From Lepidodermella squamata (lineage: Eukaryota; Animalia; Gastrotricha): a DNA stretch of 64,000 nucleotides. The notes under the pieces were generated by a model. It had not been told where the DNA came from. It saw only the letters and a list, made by a program, of their open reading frames with translations, and did not search any database. Each line of letters opens with the position of its first letter. Positions within the stretch are counted from its first letter, which is position 1. Made by a program: the position numbers and the translations under genes. The DNA lies in contig JBLDXI010000031.1 of NCBI GenBank assembly GCA_047495785.1, forward strand, positions 1,364,001 to 1,428,000. Reading direction: 5' to 3'. Below, in pieces: positions 58,778 through 64,000 of this stretch.

Positions 58778-61700
58778 ATGACCAGTGAAAGTTCAAGTGT
58801 TCAAAGACGAGAGGCTTCACCCGACGGTGAAGAGGAAGGTATAATGCTTAACATTACCTATGACCTGAATGGCGGTGACCCTGCTTCTACCAACAAATTG
58901 ATCCGCAAAACATTGAAGGAAGTTTTGCGATCTGGAGAAATCGATGGCTTATCGCTTGATTCAGCCCGGGTTGCAAAAGGAATTATTGGCGAGAAATGGG
59001 AGCTTTTTGTCACGACTGGAGCCGATGCATTGCCTTCTGGTTCCACGGTGATACTTAACGTTTGCGGGGTTAAGTCGGACGAACAGCCGTATAAGCTGTG
59101 TCGTGAAACCGCGAAGGATCAGACGAAGGAGCCTTTCCAAACGGGGCAGACAGATTCGTTCGAAATTTTGATCGACGACGACATTGGTAATTTGATCCAA
59201 GTTTCGTGAACATATCCGCTGGGAAAAACTGTTTTTTTTTCAGGTGATAATGTTTTCAAGCTTCGATTTGGATTTCCAAGCTACGTTGAAGATGCAAAAT
59301 GGCTGCTGAAACGCGTCAAATTCTGGCATCCAAAGCGCAACGATATTTTCGAAACTGAGGCCAATTTAACGTGTCTGGTCTCGCAATACCACGACCCGTG
59401 GCAGGAGATCAACGTTGTATGGCCTGACTACCCATTCCTGCCTACTATTAAATATTTGGTTCGAGTGTACACGGCAGCCAAATCTGGACTCATGGACTGT
59501 GGGGTTGAAATTATTTTATACGGGTATTTATCAAATTTAATGACAATAACATCAATTTACCATCAAATCTTGATCAATTTTTCCATGAGAAAGACAGCGG
59601 ATCAAATTTGTATCAAATATGAGCCAAAGTATAAGATAACATGTTTCATTTTAGGGACTTCGGAAATTCTGGCCGCCGATCGCTGAAAAAGCTTTTTGGC
59701 AACAAAAACAAGTTCAGAGCAGGATCGATCGATCAGTTCGAGGTTCCAGTTGTGAAACTGGGCCGAGTCTTGAAGGTCCACGTTTTCAATACGCTGAATT
59801 CGCCGAATCGAAACTGGTACTTGGATAAAGTTGTGGTTAAGGAGTCAGAGAAATCGGATGATTCATCAACGTGGACATTCCCATGCAAACGCTATTTTGA
59901 CCCAGAAAAGGGCGACAAGGCAACTGATCGAATTTTGGAACTGAACAAAGCTCCGGAACCTGAGGCTGAGGACGTCATTAAAACACCGTTGATCACTAGT
60001 GCGAAAAATGGGACAAATAATGACCCGTCGCCTTTAGCATCTGTAAATGGTTCGAGTGCAACAAAAGCTAAACCAGCTGGCGCGATCAAACCTGGATCAA
60101 AACCCAAGAAACTAAACGAAATTCAGTCTTCATCCATACCGAACGATCTCTGGGAGGTTTGGTGGGAAAACCGGCGGAATCAGCCCATTCACAAGGACGT
60201 GACCTTTTCGCTGACCTTGATTGGTGACAAAGGCAATGTTAAAGAACTGATTACTGGCGACTTGAAGCCCGGGGCCTCGCCTCGGAAACCTATCAAAGCG
60301 AGCCCGGATGAAATTGGCGAGCTTCAAAAGCTGCGAGTTCGTTTCTCAGAGAAGGTCAAACATGCGACTAGGTGGGAGCTGCAGAAGGTCAACGTTCGGC
60401 ATTTGGCCACCAATGAAACGAGTGTTTTCGATTTCGATGGGCCCATCGTGCAAAAGGCGCAGGGTGACTCGACTGCTGAGGCTTCTTACAACGGATTCGT
60501 GCCTGTTCGCAGTTACGTTGTTGAGTTGTATAGTGGCAACCGGATTGGCCTGATGGAGAAAGGAAAAGTAAAATTTATTCCTTATTACTCAGTCTTCATT
60601 GCTAGGTTACACCTAACGTTCTGCATCTTTTTCTTGGATACTTTCTCGGTGTCAGCGTAACAGTTCAAGTCGCAACTAGCGCAGAAGCTAAGTTCATTAT
60701 TGCTGGTGCGATTTTGAGTTTAACCACGGAAATGGATGTCGCAAAACCTAGGGTTCTTTTAGATTTTTTGTGATGTCTAGTGACGTATAGGTACGGTTTC
60801 TTTTAATTTGTGGCCCTCATAGAGTCTTTGATATGAGGAAGAAGTCAGCGGCATACCTGGAGATCGAGGTAGAAGTATGATATGTTCCGAAAAAGATTGT
60901 CCATATTCTACAAGTACACGGTGGCATGACAGGTGCGTTAATTTCGTCACATGTGATTGCGTAGATCTTAGATAACTGTCAAGATTTATCTTTTACTCGA
61001 CGGCTATCATGACCATGGGGGCAGTGTGGGATAGTTGAAGAAGGCGGTTTCTGATAATTAGCGTGCGATCAGTTCTAGTTCAAACAGTCAAATCGACTTT
61101 GAACGCGGGACTTGGCAAATATGGACAGACTATGAGTAATAGACATTCGCTCGAATGCTGGTAAGTAAGTAAGAGGACGGAATGCAAACGAAAGCGGAAA
61201 CGAGAATACATGAGATGAACGCCTGGGGGTTTCTATTGTTATGATTTTCGCCGCAATTCCAAGACCGGAAAGACTGAATGGAAACGGGAAGGGAAAATCC
61301 GATATATATATGCGAAGTTGAATTAACCAACTGAGTTCAGTTACCAACTGAGGGGCACAGCTCATTTGGTAGCTGTCTACCGTGCATTGAGAGTCGTGAT
61401 CGCTAAGCGTGAGTTCGATGACCGACGACGCTCTACCTCGACGATGGCTGACCAGTGTCGGCGAGACTGCACTAATCGTTACTCGGCTGCCCGACTGAAG
61501 AGGCCTTGCAAGCGACCCTAAGAGAATAACGCATCGGGGCCAATTCAACGAATGGGACGTCTCATAACAAAACTAAAAAAGTAACGAAACCTACAAAAAC
61601 TAAGGAACTAAAAGACTTATAGCGAAGCTTCCGATCCAGGGTGATGTTGAAATTCAGGGTGAAATTGGCCAGACCTCTGCGTTTTTAAGGCAGTGCGCAC

Positions 61701-64000
61701 CTAAAACCGATTGCAAAGAGCATGTCATACAAATTTATGCTCTACGCAACCAAGTAAAAAACGCATTATTTAATATTAAATCAACAGATGTTTTATTGTA
61801 TGAGCAACGCAATTAATTCAGGCATTTGTAGTAGTTGTAGAATGAGCGAAGTTGGTCGAACAGCGATTTTCGAATAGCTTTCATGGGCTCCAAGCATAAC
61901 TACAGCAGAGAATCGCTAATCAGGCGGTAAGGTTTGTACTTGGATGACCACTTGGTTGAATTCGTTCGTTGATTGATCCGCTCGGTGATAACCGGGGTCG
62001 AACTTCTTCGCTGCTGTCGGGCAGCACATTTCCGGTTCTTGAATCGAACTGATAGCTCCATGCAAACTTCGACAAATTTCGGAAACCACGAGTGCGCCAT
62101 TGCTTGTTTTGTAAATATTGTCGGCTCAGTGCAACTTTATATAAGGTTTAGCCACGGTGTCCTTGTTTCTACACCGACATGGTTCTTTCAAATGAAATGG
62201 CCATGTTCATGCGGGGACGTAGCTAAATGTGTCACGTTAGAAGGGATTCGCGCTGTGCGCACTAGCCTAGAACGAATTTGTTGTGTACGAAATGTATGAA
62301 AATTGGATGACAGAATTTGCATGCAGGTTTAACTGTGTCTGTTTTAGCACTGACGATGACGTGCCTAGTAAAGAAAATTGAAAGCATAGGTAGCGTACGT
62401 TCTAAAATGTTGTTGAGCTATTACGTTTGTGATCATTCAATTACAATCTGTTATTTCCAAATGTAATTAGGCTTTGATAATGTAATAAGTCTAGAAGCGG
62501 GTTATGTAAATTTCTTTGTATTTCCTAACGGACAATTGAATGAGGTCGAAATTCTTCGGATGATTAACTTCAAATATCCATGAAAAATTATTTACCGGTT
62601 AATTAAGTAGGAAGACAATCGATTCTGTTTGATCTCAACGGAATCCAAAAAATTGAACTAAAGAATTTGCTTGAGAAGACAATGGGACACTTTGATGAAA
62701 TTGGTTGTGACGGCAATTAATGAAAATATAACAATTTTGTGTACCAAGGTATACATTAATGTGCGGGGCCAACGAGGCGATACCGGCAAGCGATGGGTGA
62801 TCAACTCATCTCACGGCCAGGGTCCTTCAATCGCAGCTGGGGTGATCATGATCTACGAGTTGGCATGTGTTGATCTTGGAACGATAAAAGGTATCAGCGT
62901 TGGCCACGACAAGCCGGGCAAGGATGCAGGGTACTACTTCGAGAAGGCTATCATTCGACCGACTCATCTCGATGTTCAATACGTGTTCGAGTTTGACAAG
63001 TAATTATGACTATTTAAGCCTAGGAATCAGGGCTAGGTCAAAACTAAGGTTATAAAGTAGACTAGATTGAAAAGATACTGCAAAGTAGCTTACCTCGAAC
63101 TAGATTCAGATAGAAACAAAATTCGATTGGCGGGAATAGGATTCAAGACTAGAACGAATTGCGAGAGGTTGGGGGAGTAGGAATTAGGACATTATTTGCT
63201 GATTAACATGGAGGAAAAATTGAAACTATGTATTTGACTTCTAAGGCCATTGGAAGGTACTGAAATCGATGTAATTGTCGAGGTACCCAAGCCTCCCACG
63301 CCAAAACTAGACCCCAACGACTGGGTTATGTGGTGGGAGTCAGAAGGAGACCAGCAGTTTGATTTCTTACAACTCCATATGATGTTCGTTGGAACTAAGG
63401 TATAGTTCGATTTTCAGGCTCCCTGAACCTTTTAACCAACCTTGCAGGGTAATTCTTCGTACTTACTTGATGTCGAAATCGGCCCTGGCGAGTCGAGCCA
63501 GTATAAGATTCATCTGGAGAAGGAAATTGGTGAACTTACTGGAGTAAGGTTAAAACACGGCCCGAAAGTGACTGGAAAACATCCGCCGTGGAAAATCATT
63601 GAAATGCGTCTGAAAAACAAAGTTACCGGGCAGCTATTTAAATTTCGACCAGGGGTTATCGGGGCCCCGCCGCCGCCTCCGCCCAAAACACCCTCACCAC
63701 CTCCGATCATGCCGATAAAGGAGGTGAAATTACTGAAACCTAAACCGAAAACCCCGGCTGCGAGTCCCGTCCCACCACCTCAACCGAAAGATGACGAAAA
63801 ATTTCGCTATCGTGTCGAAGTGCTTACTTCTGTAAACTCGGTTCCGATTCAGCTTCAGCCTGAGATGTACATAAAATTCTTCGGCGAGCTGACTACAACC
63901 GATATCTGTTGGTTCGGCCGGTCTTCGGTTAATGCCGTAGCTTTTCGACCAGGGCAGTTCGATGCCTTTGAAATGACGTTGGATGAAGATTTGGGCGTGG
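58778..64000 (+). CDS. PLAT/LH2-repeat protein B (tandem paralog of A), continues past the window; exons 58778-59187, 59244-59523, 59656-60567, 62749-62999, 63246-63399, 63449-end
   Basis: Colinear similarity with gene A (LNITYDL, TGADALP, WPDYP, WEVWWEN, RGDTGKRW) plus additional PLAT units. Confidence 0.8.
60600..62450 (-). mobile_element. Decayed transposon sequence (pogo/Tigger-like CENP-B HTH remnant) in a PLAT-B intron
   Basis: Minus-strand WFPKFVEVCMELSVR resembles the W..F..RH.LS.R motif of pogo-like transposases. Confidence 0.4.

Noticed and set aside
61052-61569. Possible solo LTR (TG...CA) and the 157-aa minus ORF in the PLAT-B intron
   Set aside because: No matching target-site duplication, PBS or PPT found; the ORF has no recognisable motif.

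Overview
Eukaryotic (metazoan-like) genomic DNA from a compact genome, with many ~50-bp GT-AG introns, short intergenic spacers and abundant DNA-transposon debris. The species cannot be fixed from sequence alone. In order along the window: the 5' end of PLPBP (minus); a tandem array of alpha-arrestin (ARRDC) genes (five full-length, one truncated) partly built by a 4.4-5.4-kb segmental duplication, with hAT remnants in one homologous intron; COA8; an intronless 734-aa Cys-loop ligand-gated ion channel carrying an N-terminal LamG/pentraxin-like domain and a Thr/Ser-rich stalk (the most unusual gene here); an eroded tRNA-cluster copy; a UBA1 pseudogene; an orphan secreted Cys-rich gene; an EGF/C-type lectin gene; a 4.4-kb Mutator-like element; a dense cassette of 16 full-length tRNA genes, roughly one per amino acid, with MITE-associated rearrangements; an orphan ORF; SPICE1; an ATF7IP-like FN3 gene; TMA7; KAT8/MOF; and two tandem PLAT-repeat genes, the second running off the window. 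Gene spacing and unpaired splice acceptors suggest operons with trans-splicing (inference). Exon structures were read by hand and homologies come from recalled motifs; no database search was run.
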